This document shows, piece by piece, positions 18,455 to 30,494 of a stretch of DNA of 64,000 nt. The notes beneath the pieces were generated by a model that had not been told where the DNA came from, made no database searches, and saw only the letters and a list, made by a program, of their open reading frames with translations. A program made the translations under genes and the position numbers. Numbering within the stretch: position 1 is the stretch's first letter; each line of letters opens with the position of its first letter. The DNA is from Thermoanaerobaculia bacterium (GTDB lineage Bacteria; Acidobacteriota; Thermoanaerobaculia; Gp7-AA8): assembly GCA_038244815.1 (NCBI GenBank), contig JBBRTB010000005.1, positions 92,936 through 156,935 on the forward strand, written 5' to 3'.

Positions 18455-19491
18455 CGGCCGCTGGGCGCGTCCGCGTTCACCGGCTCATCGATCCGGTAGA
18501 ACGCGCGGTACCAGGCCACGAACCGCGTGATCCCTTCTTCGATGGTGGTGCCGGGCCGGAATCCCACCGCCGCTTCGAGATCGTGGACGTCCGCCGATGT
18601 GGAGCGGACGTCGCCCGGTTGCATCGGAAGCATCGTCAGCTTCGCTTTCCGTCCCAGGCAGCGTTCCAGCGCGGTGATGCAGTCGAGCAGTGGAACGGGG
18701 CGGTTGTTGCCGATATTGAAGATCCGGTAGGGCGCGCGACTGGTGGCCGGGTCGGGCTTCTCTGTCGAAGCAGACGGATTGGGACGGGGCGGCGCATCGA
18801 GGACGCGGACGACGCCTTCGACGATGTCGTCGATGTACGTGAAGTCGCGGATCATGTCGCCGTTGTTGAAGACGGGAATCGCTTCGCCGGCAAGGATCCC
18901 CTTTGTGAACTTGAAGAGCGCCATGTCCGGACGGCCCCATGGTCCGTAAACGGTGAAGAAACGGAGGCCGGTGGCCGGCAGTCCGTACAAGTGAGAGTAG
19001 GTGTGAGCCATCAGCTCGTTGGCCTTCTTCGTGGCCGCGTACAGCGAGATCGGATGATCGACGTTGTCATGCTCCGAGAACGGCTGCTTTTCGTTCGCAC
19101 CGTAGACGGAGCTCGATGAGGCGTAGACGAGGTGCTCGATTCCGTGGTGGCGGCAGCCTTCGAGGATGTTGAGAAATCCCTCGACGTTGCTGGCAGTGTA
19201 TGCGTGCGGATGCGTCAGTGAGTAGCGGACGCCCGCCTGTGCCGCGAGATGAACGACGCGGTCGGGCTTCACGGACGCGAACAGTTCGGCCATCCCGGTG
19301 CGGTCGGAGACGTCCAGCCGCTGGAATCGAAAGCGCGCGTATGCGTGCAGCAGGTCGAGACGGGCCTGCTTCAGACTGGGATCGTAGTAGTCGTTCAGGT
19401 TGTCGATTCCGAGGACATCGTCGCCGCGCTCGAGCAGCTTCTTCGAGACGTGATAACCGATAAAACCGGCCGCGCCGGTCACGAGAATCAT
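18451..19491 (-). CDS. UDP-glucuronate 4-epimerase (NAD-dependent epimerase/dehydratase, WbpP/Cap1J-like), intact copy
   Basis: [37 protein letters not shown]..., YAATKKANE catalytic YxxxK, full length 346 aa. Confidence 0.85.
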   Translation of the reverse strand: MILVTGAAGFIGYHVSKKLLERGDDVLGIDNLNDYYDPSLKQARLDLLHAYARFRFQRLDVSDRTGMAELFASVKPDRVVHLAAQAGVRYSLTHPHAYTASNVEGFLNILEGCRHHGIEHLVYASSSSVYGANEKQPFSEHDNVDHPISLYAATKKANELMAHTYSHLYGLPATGLRFFTVYGPWGRPDMALFKFTKGILAGEAIPVFNNGDMIRDFTYIDDIVEGVVRVLDAPPRPNPSASTEKPDPATSRAPYRIFNIGNNRPVPLLDCITALERCLGRKAKLTMLPMQPGDVRSTSADVHDLEAAVGFRPGTTIEEGITRFVAWYRAFYRIDEPVNADAPSGR

Positions 19492-19508
19492 CGGAGGGGG
19501 AGTGTACC

Positions 19509-20882
19509 TTATGCCTTATAGAGCCGGCCGGATGGCAAAGCGGATGGAGGCACGATGTTCCGCGTGTCGATGACGAGTTTTGCGTCGCGATAAAGGCTCG
19601 GGTCTTTGAAGAACGAGTGAGCGGTCGAGACGATGATCGCGTCATATCGGGCGAACGTCTCGGCCGTGCAGGGCACCGATGTGAGGGTCAGGTCGTGCTT
19701 GCGTCCGCGTCGCGCCACCGGGATATGCGGATCGCAGTAGGCGATGTCCGCTCCGCGATCGCGCAGCAGCTCGAGAATCTCGAATGACGGCGACTCCCGG
19801 TCGTCGTCGATGTCCGCTTTGTACGACAGGCCCAGGACGAGCACGCGCGAGCCCTTGAGGCTCTTTTGTGCGTCGTTGAGGGCGGCGGCGGTTCGATCCA
19901 CGACGTAGCGCGGCATCGACGTATTCACTTCACCGGCCAGCTCGATGAAGCGCGCCCATACGCCGTGCTCCGCCGCCTTCCACGAGAGATAGAACGGGTC
20001 GAGCGGGATGCAATGTCCGCCCAATCCGGGACCGGGATAGAACGGCATGAACCCGAACGGCTTCGTCTTCGCGGCCTCGATCACTTCCCAGACGTCGATG
20101 CCCATGCGATCGAACACGACCTTGAGCTCGTTGACGAGCGCGATGTTCACGGAGCGGAAGATGTTTTCCAGGAGCTTCGCGGATTCGGCGACCTCCAGCG
20201 ATGACACCGGGACGACGGTGTCGACGACGCTGCTGTACAGTCTGACCGCAGCTTCCCGCGAGCGCAGATCCATCCCGCCGACGACTTTCGGGATGGTCTT
20301 CGTACTGAAGTGCTCGTTGCCGGGATCCTCGCGCTCGGGAGAAAACGCCAGGAGGTAGTCGGTTCCGCAGTGCAGCCCGGTGGCTTCGAAGCGTGTGAGC
20401 AATTCCTCGCGCGTCGTGCCGGGGTAAGTGGTCGACTCCAGCACGACGAGCTGGCCTCGCTTCAGGTGCCCGGCGATGACCTCTGCGGTGACCCGGATGT
20501 AGGTGAGGTCGGGCTCGCGATGATCGCCGAGCGGCGTGGGGACGGCGATGATCAGGACATCACATGCGGCCAGCCGCGCGAAGTCGCTCGTGGCCGAAGC
20601 GTTTTTCCCGACGAAGGCGCTGGCGACGCGGTCGACGCCGATGTGCCTGATGTACGAGGTTCCGCTTTCGAGGGCGGCGACCTTGTTCTTGTCGATGTCG
20701 AATCCGATCACGGGATATCCGTTTTCCGCGAAGATGAGAGCCAGCGGGAGGCCGACGTAACCGAGGCCGATGACGCCGATGGTGGCCGTGCGCGATTCGA
20801 TGCGCTCAAACAGCCGCCGGACCGTCTCGGATTGCGTGGTGGGCTCAGGGTAGGACGACATGCGCGGCAGATGATAGGACAT
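19509..20882 (-). CDS. nucleotide-sugar 6-dehydrogenase (UDP-GlcNAc / UDP-ManNAc dehydrogenase, WbpA/WecC-like)
   Basis: N-terminal NAD-binding [13 protein letters not shown] and catalytic GGHCIPLDP cysteine motif. The ATG is at 20882 (alternative at 20861). The upstream part of ORF 19509..21107 was rejected. Confidence 0.85.
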   Translation of the reverse strand: MSYHLPRMSSYPEPTTQSETVRRLFERIESRTATIGVIGLGYVGLPLALIFAENGYPVIGFDIDKNKVAALESGTSYIRHIGVDRVASAFVGKNASATSDFARLAACDVLIIAVPTPLGDHREPDLTYIRVTAEVIAGHLKRGQLVVLESTTYPGTTREELLTRFEATGLHCGTDYLLAFSPEREDPGNEHFSTKTIPKVVGGMDLRSREAAVRLYSSVVDTVVPVSSLEVAESAKLLENIFRSVNIALVNELKVVFDRMGIDVWEVIEAAKTKPFGFMPFYPGPGLGGHCIPLDPFYLSWKAAEHGVWARFIELAGEVNTSMPRYVVDRTAAALNDAQKSLKGSRVLVLGLSYKADIDDDRESPSFEILELLRDRGADIAYCDPHIPVARRGRKHDLTLTSVPCTAETFARYDAIIVSTAHSFFKDPSLYRDAKLVIDTRNIVPPSALPSGRLYKA

Positions 20883-20966
20883 CCGGCGGCGAAAGCAGCG
20901 CCCAGCTGCCGGCGGAGCAGGGAGGAGCGCTTTGCCCGAGCAGGTTTTCTGTGTTCCAATGGCAGC

Positions 20967-20981
20967 GTTCAACGGTTGAAC
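20967..20981. promoter_or_regulatory. perfect palindrome GTTCAAC-G-GTTGAAC 8 nt upstream of the MarR-EPS gene; candidate operator
   Basis: Read directly. Located in the 106-bp divergent intergenic region between the wbpA-like and MarR genes. Confidence 0.45.
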
Positions 20982-20988
20982 AGACTCG

Positions 20989-21345
20989 ATGTCGACGACG
21001 CTAACGGACGAAGTCCGATACCGCCTCCTCAAACATCTTGCCGATCGCCCTGGTGCCTCGCAGCGGGAGCTGGCCCGCGAGCTCGGCATCAGCGTGGGCA
21101 AGACCAACTACTGCATTCGCGCCCTGATCGCGAAAGGTTGGTTGAAAGTCCGGAACTTCCGTCGGAGCGACAACAAGAGTGCCTACCTCTACGTGTTGAC
21201 TCCCAGGGGCATTCAGGAAAAGGTCAACGCCACGCGGGCATTCCTCGTCCGGAGGATGACGGAGTATCAGATGGCCGAAGAGGAGATCCGTCTTCTCACG
21301 GCGGAGATCGAGCAGTGGACTCGCGAAACGGAAGCGGCACCATGA
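20989..21345 (+). CDS. EPS-associated MarR-family winged-helix transcriptional regulator
   Basis: LLKHLADRPGASQRELARELGISVGKTNYCIRALIAKGWLKV..., 118 aa. Position at the head of the polysaccharide operon. Resembles the MarR_EPS subgroup linked to exosortase/EPS loci. Confidence 0.75.
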   Translation: MSTTLTDEVRYRLLKHLADRPGASQRELARELGISVGKTNYCIRALIAKGWLKVRNFRRSDNKSAYLYVLTPRGIQEKVNATRAFLVRRMTEYQMAEEEIRLLTAEIEQWTRETEAAP

Positions 21346-22307
21346 ACTCGACGTCAACGCCGAAGAATTTCGCCGTCATCGGAGTGGCCGGGTATGTTGC
21401 GCCGCGGCACCTGAAAGCGATCCAGGACACGGGAAACCGTCTCGTCGCCGCGACGGATCCGCACGATGGCGTGGGCATTCTGGACCGCTATTCGTTCGAC
21501 GTGAAGTACTTTCGCGAGATCGAACGGTTCGACCGGCACCTGGACAAGCTCCGACGCGGACCGCAGGAGCAGCGCGTCGATTACGTCAGCATCTGCTCGC
21601 CGAACTATCTGCACGACGCCCATGTCCGGCTGGCGCTGCGAAACGGCGCCACCGCTCTCTGCGAGAAGCCGCTCGTCATCAATCCCTGGAATCTCGATGC
21701 GCTCGCCGAGCTGGAGATCGAGACCGGAAGGCGCGTGTTCACGGTGCTGCAATTGCGCGTGCATCCGTCGCTGATGGCGTTGAAGGAGCGGCTGGCACGA
21801 GCCAAAGGGGGGCACCGCGTCGAGCTCGCCTATGTGACCAGCCGCGGACCGTGGTACCACGTTTCGTGGAAGGGAGCGGAGGATCGTTCGGGCGGTCTGG
21901 CCACGAACATCGGCATCCACTTCTTCGATCTGCTGATGTGGCTGTTCGGTCCGCTGCGAAAGAGTGCGGTCTTCGTGAGGACGCCGTTGCGGATGGCCGG
22001 CGCTCTCGAGCTGGAGCGGGCCGAGGTTCAGTGGTTCCTCTCGGTGGATGGCGGGGATCTTTCGAGCAAGCCCATACCGGGAGGACAAACGACGCATCGC
22101 TCGATCACGGTCGACGGCGAGGAGATCGAGTTCACGGAAGGCTTCACCGATCTCCACACCCGCGTCTACGAGATGACGCTGGCAGGCCAGGGATTCTCGA
22201 TCGATGACGCCAGACCGTCGATCGCGCTTGTCCACCGAATCCGCACGGATGCGGTTGTTTCAACGAGCGCCGCACATCGGACCTGGGCGGACCAGATTTC
22301 GCGATGA
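21342..22307 (+). CDS. Gfo/Idh/MocA-family oxidoreductase (WbpB-like UDP-GlcNAcA 3-dehydrogenase)
   Basis: N-terminal Rossmann FAVIGVAGYVAPRHLKAI, EKPL motif (CEKPLVINPWNLDA). Start overlaps the MarR stop (ATGA). Confidence 0.75.
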   Translation: MNSTSTPKNFAVIGVAGYVAPRHLKAIQDTGNRLVAATDPHDGVGILDRYSFDVKYFREIERFDRHLDKLRRGPQEQRVDYVSICSPNYLHDAHVRLALRNGATALCEKPLVINPWNLDALAELEIETGRRVFTVLQLRVHPSLMALKERLARAKGGHRVELAYVTSRGPWYHVSWKGAEDRSGGLATNIGIHFFDLLMWLFGPLRKSAVFVRTPLRMAGALELERAEVQWFLSVDGGDLSSKPIPGGQTTHRSITVDGEEIEFTEGFTDLHTRVYEMTLAGQGFSIDDARPSIALVHRIRTDAVVSTSAAHRTWADQISR

Positions 22308-22446
22308 ACCACGCTCGACTTCCCCTCCGTGTGCAACAGGTCGTGAGGAGTATCCAGTCCTGACTCAGGTGCGGCCAGAAGAGCTGGGAGGTGGTCTGCT
22401 GACTGCCGAGGTTTCCAGCAAACCCAACGAAGCCGATGGTGGCGTC

Positions 22447-23754
22447 GTGGGAAACCTTCGCGCACGATTTCGCAAGGGGGTCTTCTGGAGTGTTGCCGCT
22501 GCTGTCTCGTCGTCCGGTTTCAATTTCATCTTAAGCATCAGTGTCGCTCGACTGCTTGGACGGGAACTGTTTGGTCAATTCGGAATGGTTCAAAGCACGA
22601 TCGCGACACTTGCGGGTATTGCTCAGCTCGCAATGGGCTACACGGCCACGAAATTCGTAGCCGAATTTCGTTCGAGCGACCCGGTGCGTGCCGGTCGAGT
22701 CATCGGACTTTGCTCGGTCGTATCGCTTGTAACCGGCTCGGCGGCGGCCGTGGCGCTCTGTGCATCGGCACCTTGGCTCGCCACCTCCTCGTTGAAATCG
22801 CCGCAGCTCGCCGGCAGTCTGCAACTGGCTAGCGTGATGGTGTTTTTTATGGTCCTCACCGGCCATCAGATGGGGGCTCTCGCCGGCCTTGAAAACTATC
22901 GATCGCTCGCCATGCTTGCACTAGTGTCGGGAGCTTCGACTCTAGTCGCCGCATCGCTTGGTGCCATGATGTGGGGGCTGAGTGGCTCGATTGTTGGGTT
23001 GGTGATCGGATCAGCGATTCAATGGGCCCTCTTCAGAAATAGGTTGAATGCGGACTGTGAACGCCACGGTATACCTATTTCAAGGCAAGATCTTGGAAGC
23101 GAACGCGAAATACTCCTGTCGTTCGCAGTACCGGCAGCATTGGCAGGGATGTCTTCCATGCCGGCACTGTGGTTTGCGAATGCGTTTCTAGTCCGTCAAC
23201 ATGACGGGTATGCGCAGATGGCACTCTATACGGCAGCATTCAGTCTTCGATCGTTAGTCTTCTTCCTGCCGAGCCTTCTGAACCGCGTCAGCATGTCCCT
23301 TATGAATAATCACCGTGGGCTACGCGACGCGCAGTCATACCGACGCGTGTTTAAGGTCAACCTGATCTCATCGACTCTCAGTGTTGTCACCGGGGGGGCA
23401 ATCGTGGCTCTGTTGGCAACTCGCTTATTGCTGGTATTCGGGAAAGACTTCGCGTCGGGGCTGCCCGTTCTGCTCGTGCTGTTGTTGGCAGCCATGTTAG
23501 AGGCTATTGCCGGGTCTCTCTACCAGGTCGTGCAGGCGGAATCGCAAATGTGGTCATCGATGTTCATGATCGTGATCCCGCGCGATGTGCTAATAGTTGC
23601 ATTGGCATTCTTATGGACGCGCACCAACGGTGCCGTTGGCCTTGCTGCAGCGTATACCGTTGGATGGTCTGTAGCGTCACTACTGACAGCGCTACTCGTA
23701 ATACGAATCGGTAGGAGCTCGCTATGGCAGGTAACAGGAGTAGTTAGAGAATGA
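22447..23754 (+). CDS. polysaccharide biosynthesis / O-unit flippase (Wzx, MOP superfamily); start uncertain
   Basis: About 12 predicted TM segments across 22.5-23.7 kb. The GTG at 22447 is the first start after the upstream stop. ORF track opens at 22204; a later start in 22500-22600 cannot be excluded. Confidence 0.6.
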   Translation: MGNLRARFRKGVFWSVAAAVSSSGFNFILSISVARLLGRELFGQFGMVQSTIATLAGIAQLAMGYTATKFVAEFRSSDPVRAGRVIGLCSVVSLVTGSAAAVALCASAPWLATSSLKSPQLAGSLQLASVMVFFMVLTGHQMGALAGLENYRSLAMLALVSGASTLVAASLGAMMWGLSGSIVGLVIGSAIQWALFRNRLNADCERHGIPISRQDLGSEREILLSFAVPAALAGMSSMPALWFANAFLVRQHDGYAQMALYTAAFSLRSLVFFLPSLLNRVSMSLMNNHRGLRDAQSYRRVFKVNLISSTLSVVTGGAIVALLATRLLLVFGKDFASGLPVLLVLLLAAMLEAIAGSLYQVVQAESQMWSSMFMIVIPRDVLIVALAFLWTRTNGAVGLAAAYTVGWSVASLLTALLVIRIGRSSLWQVTGVVRE

Positions 23755-24653
23755 GTTATGGCGACATCGCGCGGGGTACGCTCAGGGCCATCTGGCGTCA
23801 CATGCCCCGAAGGCTACAGGGGGTCCTGTTCAGTGGATTTAGCTATGCTATGAGGAAGCGTAAGATACTCGCTGAAGTTGATGGGCTACGTTTCGCACTT
23901 GATCTGGGCGAGGGTATCGATCTTCAGGTCTATCTAGGAAGCTTTGAACGAGATGTTGTCCGTGCGATCGAAGTGTTGTGCGAGCCGGGTTCCTGCGCGG
24001 TCGACGTAGGGGCAAATATCGGCGCTCACACCATCAGGATGAGCCGGCGCGTCGCGGCTAGAGGGCGAGTGATCGCGTTTGAACCAACGGTATTCGCATA
24101 TACGAAGTTGCTGAAAAATATCTCGTTGAATCAAGCGGACAATGTCACACCCGTCATGGCAGCCGCATCGGACCGAGATCGTGATCTAGAGGAGATCAGC
24201 GTTCGGTCGCGGTGGCCGACTCATGGATCCGCAGAACTTGACATCGCGTCAGTTCCGCTTTGGTGCCTCGATCATTGGCTGGACCGACACGGAATTGATC
24301 AAGTGCGTCTGATGAAAGTGGACGTTGACGGTGAGGAAGCTGCTGTCCTCAGAGGCGGGGGCAACATGATCAAGAGGTCGCTTCCGGTGATCATTCTCGA
24401 AATCGGCGCGTATCACTTCGAGCGGTCTGACTCAAACCCGGTAGCATTCCTCGCGGCGACCGGGTACCGGTTTTGGGATCTGTCAACGCTAGTCGAATAC
24501 CCGGATGAGGGCGCCATCCGCTCGCGGCTGCCAGAGCATGACCCAGACAAGGAATTATCTGTGAATCTGCTGTGTGCTACCCATATTCACGCGATCGCTG
24601 ACTTGCGGGCCTACACGGGGCGTCATGCGCTCGTCTCGGGTCCTTCGGCATAG
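23751..24653 (+). CDS. FkbM-family SAM-dependent methyltransferase
   Basis: VDVGANIGAHTI...VIAFEP motif region. Start overlaps the Wzx stop (ATGA). Confidence 0.75.
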   Translation: MSYGDIARGTLRAIWRHMPRRLQGVLFSGFSYAMRKRKILAEVDGLRFALDLGEGIDLQVYLGSFERDVVRAIEVLCEPGSCAVDVGANIGAHTIRMSRRVAARGRVIAFEPTVFAYTKLLKNISLNQADNVTPVMAAASDRDRDLEEISVRSRWPTHGSAELDIASVPLWCLDHWLDRHGIDQVRLMKVDVDGEEAAVLRGGGNMIKRSLPVIILEIGAYHFERSDSNPVAFLAATGYRFWDLSTLVEYPDEGAIRSRLPEHDPDKELSVNLLCATHIHAIADLRAYTGRHALVSGPSA

Positions 24654-24700
24654 GCCGACACAAGATAAGTGCGAGCGGGCATTGGCGGTAACGGACTGCA

Positions 24701-25762
24701 ATGAAGATCGTCGTTTCGTATAACAAGAGTGGCGAGGAGTCGCTCCTCTGGGCGAAAGAGATTGCCGCCGCGTCGGACGCGGATACGACGTTCATTCCCT
24801 TCGATCACGGCGCGAAGCTGGGCTCCTTGCGTTATTCGACCGCGATAGCTCTCGATCGCCTCTATCAGAGCGGCGAGCCTGGCTTGCGACATCTGTATCG
24901 GGAGTTTCAAGGAAGCATAGTCGAGAACGCCGCTGATGCTATTATCGTGGCTAACGCACCGCCGTACCACCCCGACTTTTTGCGTAAGTTGCCGGTGTAT
25001 AAGGTGCTGTATAGCGCCGATGATCCAGGTGCGACGTATCTCATCAACATCCCGTACCTTCACGCATACGACCACGTGTTCTTTGTTGCGCCGACATATA
25101 GCGCGGATATGGACATGCACGAAAAGATGCAATACGCGGGCAAAGTGAACGCGGACTGGCTGCCAATCTCTGTCTTCGACTTCGAACATGCGCCCGACCG
25201 GACAGAAGATCAGGTCTTCGGGCGTAGACGGGACATCGACATCATCTACATCGGCAGTTTTTGGCGGCAGAAGCTGCCGATACTGGCGGCAGTGAGGCGG
25301 GCCTTTGGCCGCCGGTTCCTTCTGCATGGGTTCTTCGGGCTTAAGCATAATCTCTTCATGAACGCGAGATACGGGTTCGGGGGCTGGGTGACTCCGGTCG
25401 GGCTCGCGGAGCGCGTGGCTTTCTATCAGCGCGCGCGGATCGGCCTCAATATTCACTGGAATGAACACGGCCTCGGGAATCAGCGGCTGTATCACCTACC
25501 GGCCAACGGCGTGATGCAGATTTCGGACTGCGCCGCCGATCTGCATCGGATCTTCGAGCCCGGGCGGGAGATCGTCGGTTACCGCGGCGCTGACGACCTC
25601 ATCGACAAGTTGAAATACTTTCTCCAACACGATGATGAGCGCGAAAGGATCGCCCGGCAGGGCTATCGCAGAACGATGCGCGATTATCGGTTCGCGGATG
25701 TGATGCGTCGCGCGGGAACACTCATCGAGCGAGGTATGGCCCGTATCGGATGGACTCATTGA
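24701..25762 (+). CDS. CgeB-like glycosyltransferase (Glyco_trans_1_2 C-terminal domain)
   Basis: C-terminal ARIGLNIHWNEHGLGNQRLYHLPANGVMQISD...LIDKLKYFLQHDDERERIARQG resembles CgeB / GT1-type domains. Confidence 0.6.
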   Translation: MKIVVSYNKSGEESLLWAKEIAAASDADTTFIPFDHGAKLGSLRYSTAIALDRLYQSGEPGLRHLYREFQGSIVENAADAIIVANAPPYHPDFLRKLPVYKVLYSADDPGATYLINIPYLHAYDHVFFVAPTYSADMDMHEKMQYAGKVNADWLPISVFDFEHAPDRTEDQVFGRRRDIDIIYIGSFWRQKLPILAAVRRAFGRRFLLHGFFGLKHNLFMNARYGFGGWVTPVGLAERVAFYQRARIGLNIHWNEHGLGNQRLYHLPANGVMQISDCAADLHRIFEPGREIVGYRGADDLIDKLKYFLQHDDERERIARQGYRRTMRDYRFADVMRRAGTLIERGMARIGWTH

Positions 25763-27300
25763 TGCGGTCGTCGTCTCCGCATCGTCACGGCGTCACACTG
25801 ATCGCATCGTGCGGGTCGCTGCTCTCTGCGACTCTGCTGAGCCTCGTGCTCCTGTCGATGGCGGTGCAAACGAGCGTGTTGCTCGCGCATCCTGATGAGC
25901 AGGCGGTCGGCATCGGCCTGCTGCTGCAGATGGCTCTCGTGGGAGCATTCTGGTGGTGGTCGACGTCTGCGAGCGGAACCCTTCTCAACGGGCCGTTTGT
26001 CGTGCTCGTGGCCATCTTCTTCTGGCACTCCTCATTTCTCGCCGCGCGCCAATTACACGTGAACGACATCTTTCTCTACACGGGACCGGTGTTTGCCTAC
26101 GGAGAGAATCAGATACCACGCGCCGTGGCGCTGGTGTCCCTGTCGATGGCCTGCGTGGTATTAGGCAGTGTAGTGGCTTTCTGGCAACGGGGACGGGAGG
26201 TCGGTCGTGCCCATGGGCGAGTGCCTGGCGCGGTCGGTGAGCCGGCTTTTGGGCGGTATGCGTTCTTGCTGTTCGCAGTTTACATACTGATCACCATCAC
26301 GTATCTCGCGAGGGAGGGCATTGGATCGGCTCAGGATTATCTTGATATCTACACGCAGGCGTCTGGAAGTGTGACGTATCGTCTGTATCAGATGGGCAAG
26401 TTTCTCGGTGTGGCCATCATTGCGCTGCTGGTCGCGTCGGCCCGAAGCAGGCTGACCATCGCCATTGCCTACGGAGGAACGGCACTCTTGATCCTCGCGA
26501 GCGCTCTGACCGGGGCGCGTTCGATGCCGTTCCTCTTTGCCGTAACGCTCCTCGTTGCCATCGACTACTTCAGGAGGCGAGTCCCGCTGGTTGCGATCAT
26601 TGGGCTCGCTTTCGCGGCTGCCGCGGCGAGTTGGATCATGGTCCAGACGCGCGCCGTCGGTGTGGGCCTGCAGATGTTGACGTCCGTAAACACGGAACAC
26701 CCCATCTCACTTTGGCACATCGTCTGGAATACTGGAGCGACTCTCAACACGGTCTTACGAACGATGACCTTCATGGCCGCGACCGGGCCGATTCACGGCC
26801 GTTCGTTCGCGGAAGCGCTCGTGTATGTGATTCCCGGGCCCCTGGTTAAGCTGGTCGCGCCGGGATGGATGGTACTACCGCCGAGCCAATGGTTGATCAT
26901 CCAGTCTCCGGATGTCCCCGACGGCGCAGGGCTGGGCTACTCGCTTGTGGCCGAAGCATTTCTGAACTTCGGATTGTCGGGCAGCCTGATCTTCGCGTTC
27001 ATCGGATGGCTCGTGGCCTATTTGTTTTTTGGCTTCCGCTTCAAGCGCGACGTCTTCGCGGGTCTTCAGTCTCTCAATCTGGTGGTTCTTTTGTCACTGC
27101 AGTTGCGAAATGACAGCATCACCTATGTCCGCGTTCTCGTCTGGGGCTCGCTGGTGATCTGGTCTGCGCAGTGGATCAATGCCCGGGCGCGCCTTGGGAT
27201 GACCATTCCAGGCGAGCGATTTGCCAAACATCTGGGCCGCCACGGCAGAAGGCTTTTGCGGCGGACAATCCCGGCCTCATCGTCAACCACGGCACCATGA
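25750..27300 (+). CDS. polytopic membrane protein, Wzy-like O-antigen/EPS polymerase candidate
   Basis: At least 10 hydrophobic segments and no soluble-domain motifs. Its position between glycosyltransferases is consistent with a polymerase. Assignment is by topology only. Confidence 0.5.
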   Translation: MDSLMRSSSPHRHGVTLIASCGSLLSATLLSLVLLSMAVQTSVLLAHPDEQAVGIGLLLQMALVGAFWWWSTSASGTLLNGPFVVLVAIFFWHSSFLAARQLHVNDIFLYTGPVFAYGENQIPRAVALVSLSMACVVLGSVVAFWQRGREVGRAHGRVPGAVGEPAFGRYAFLLFAVYILITITYLAREGIGSAQDYLDIYTQASGSVTYRLYQMGKFLGVAIIALLVASARSRLTIAIAYGGTALLILASALTGARSMPFLFAVTLLVAIDYFRRRVPLVAIIGLAFAAAAASWIMVQTRAVGVGLQMLTSVNTEHPISLWHIVWNTGATLNTVLRTMTFMAATGPIHGRSFAEALVYVIPGPLVKLVAPGWMVLPPSQWLIIQSPDVPDGAGLGYSLVAEAFLNFGLSGSLIFAFIGWLVAYLFFGFRFKRDVFAGLQSLNLVVLLSLQLRNDSITYVRVLVWGSLVIWSAQWINARARLGMTIPGERFAKHLGRHGRRLLRRTIPASSSTTAP

Positions 27301-27392
27301 TCAACCCTTCTTCTTCGCGGCTCCACTTACGGACAACCGTTTCGCCTTCGAGCGTCGTGGGGAACGATGGAGGCGATAGACCGACCGTGGCA

Positions 27393-28511
27393 ATGTTCAT
27401 CCCATCGCTTCAACCCGGCGGAGCGGAGCGGCAGGCCGTCCAGCTCGCCTGCGCTCTCGACCCGTCGAAATGGCGGGTGCTCATACTGACCCTCCGAGGA
27501 GGCTCGATGACGGAAGCGGAGGCGTCGAGGCGGGTCACGCATATCCGTCTCGGGACGACAGGCGTCGCGGCCGTCCGGGCGGTGATGCGAACTCTCGCCA
27601 GAGAGCACGTCGATATCCTTCAGGCGTTTCTGCTCGGCGCACAGATTTACGCCCTGCCGGCGCGATTATTCCGGCGGAACGTAAAGCTCATCGCGGCGAT
27701 CCGCTCGTCGATGGGGCCGGACCAGATCGTCGGCTGGAAGGGGAAGCTCAGCCACGTTCTTGTGTTCCGATTGCGCGGGCTCGTCGATCAGTACGTCTTC
27801 AACTCATCCGCCGGCGAGCGTACGCTGGGTCGCAAACTCTCTGCCACTCGAAAGCGGGTGATCTTCAACGGGATCGATACAGTTCGTTTCCGGCCCGATG
27901 CCCGCGGGCCGGAGTACCTGCGTGAGGTCGCGGAGGTACCGGCCGGCTCGAAGGTCATCGGAATCGTTGCGAACGTCAATGTCGATAAGGGATTTGAGAC
28001 GCTGGTCCGCTCCGCTGCGATTGTCACCAGGGAAGTATCGGACGTCTGTTTCGTGGTCATCGGCGAACACCGCAATTCCCTGGGTGATCGGATTCGAGGG
28101 ATGATCGCCGCGCTCTCCCTGACCGGAGCGTTTCGCTTGCTGGGCTTGCGCAGAGACGTCGAAAGGCTCGTGCCGGGGCTGGACATCCTCTGCTCCGCCT
28201 CGACCTCGGAAGGGTTCTCGAACTCGATCGGAGAGGCCATGGCCTGTGGGGTTCCCTGCGTCGTCACCGCTGTCGGCGATTCTTCGTGGATCGTCGGCGA
28301 AACCGGAGTGTCGGTGCCGCCGAACGACCCCGCCGCGCTCGCTGAGGCCCTGTTGCAATTGCTTCGTCTCGACCGAGACGAGTTGACGAGGCTCGGCGAA
28401 GCGGCGCGCGCACGGATCGAACAGTTCTTCAGCGTGCGTCAAATGATCGAACATTACGAGTCGTTGTACGAATCACTGTTGCAGCGGAAATCGCAAGACC
28501 GGAGCGCTTGA
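27393..28511 (+). CDS. glycosyltransferase family 4 (GT-B, retaining)
   Basis: C-terminal EGFSNSIGEAMACGVPCVVTAVGD (the E-x7-E region). Confidence 0.8.
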   Translation: MFIPSLQPGGAERQAVQLACALDPSKWRVLILTLRGGSMTEAEASRRVTHIRLGTTGVAAVRAVMRTLAREHVDILQAFLLGAQIYALPARLFRRNVKLIAAIRSSMGPDQIVGWKGKLSHVLVFRLRGLVDQYVFNSSAGERTLGRKLSATRKRVIFNGIDTVRFRPDARGPEYLREVAEVPAGSKVIGIVANVNVDKGFETLVRSAAIVTREVSDVCFVVIGEHRNSLGDRIRGMIAALSLTGAFRLLGLRRDVERLVPGLDILCSASTSEGFSNSIGEAMACGVPCVVTAVGDSSWIVGETGVSVPPNDPAALAEALLQLLRLDRDELTRLGEAARARIEQFFSVRQMIEHYESLYESLLQRKSQDRSA

Positions 28512-28513
28512 GG

Positions 28514-30481
<1,968 letters not shown>

Positions 30482-30494
30482 TGACCGGAACGCC

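Noticed and set aside
20310-22307. 665-aa plus-strand ORF
   Set aside because: Only the last 321 codons (from the ATG at 21342) match a Gfo/Idh/MocA oxidoreductase. The upstream part is antisense to the wbpA-like dehydrogenase and overlaps the MarR gene in another frame.
22204-22446. N-terminal extension of the Wzx ORF (MTPDRRSRLSTESARMRLF...)
   Set aside because: It overlaps the wbpB-like gene and is Arg/Pro-rich without hydrophobic segments. The flippase most likely starts at or after the GTG at 22447.
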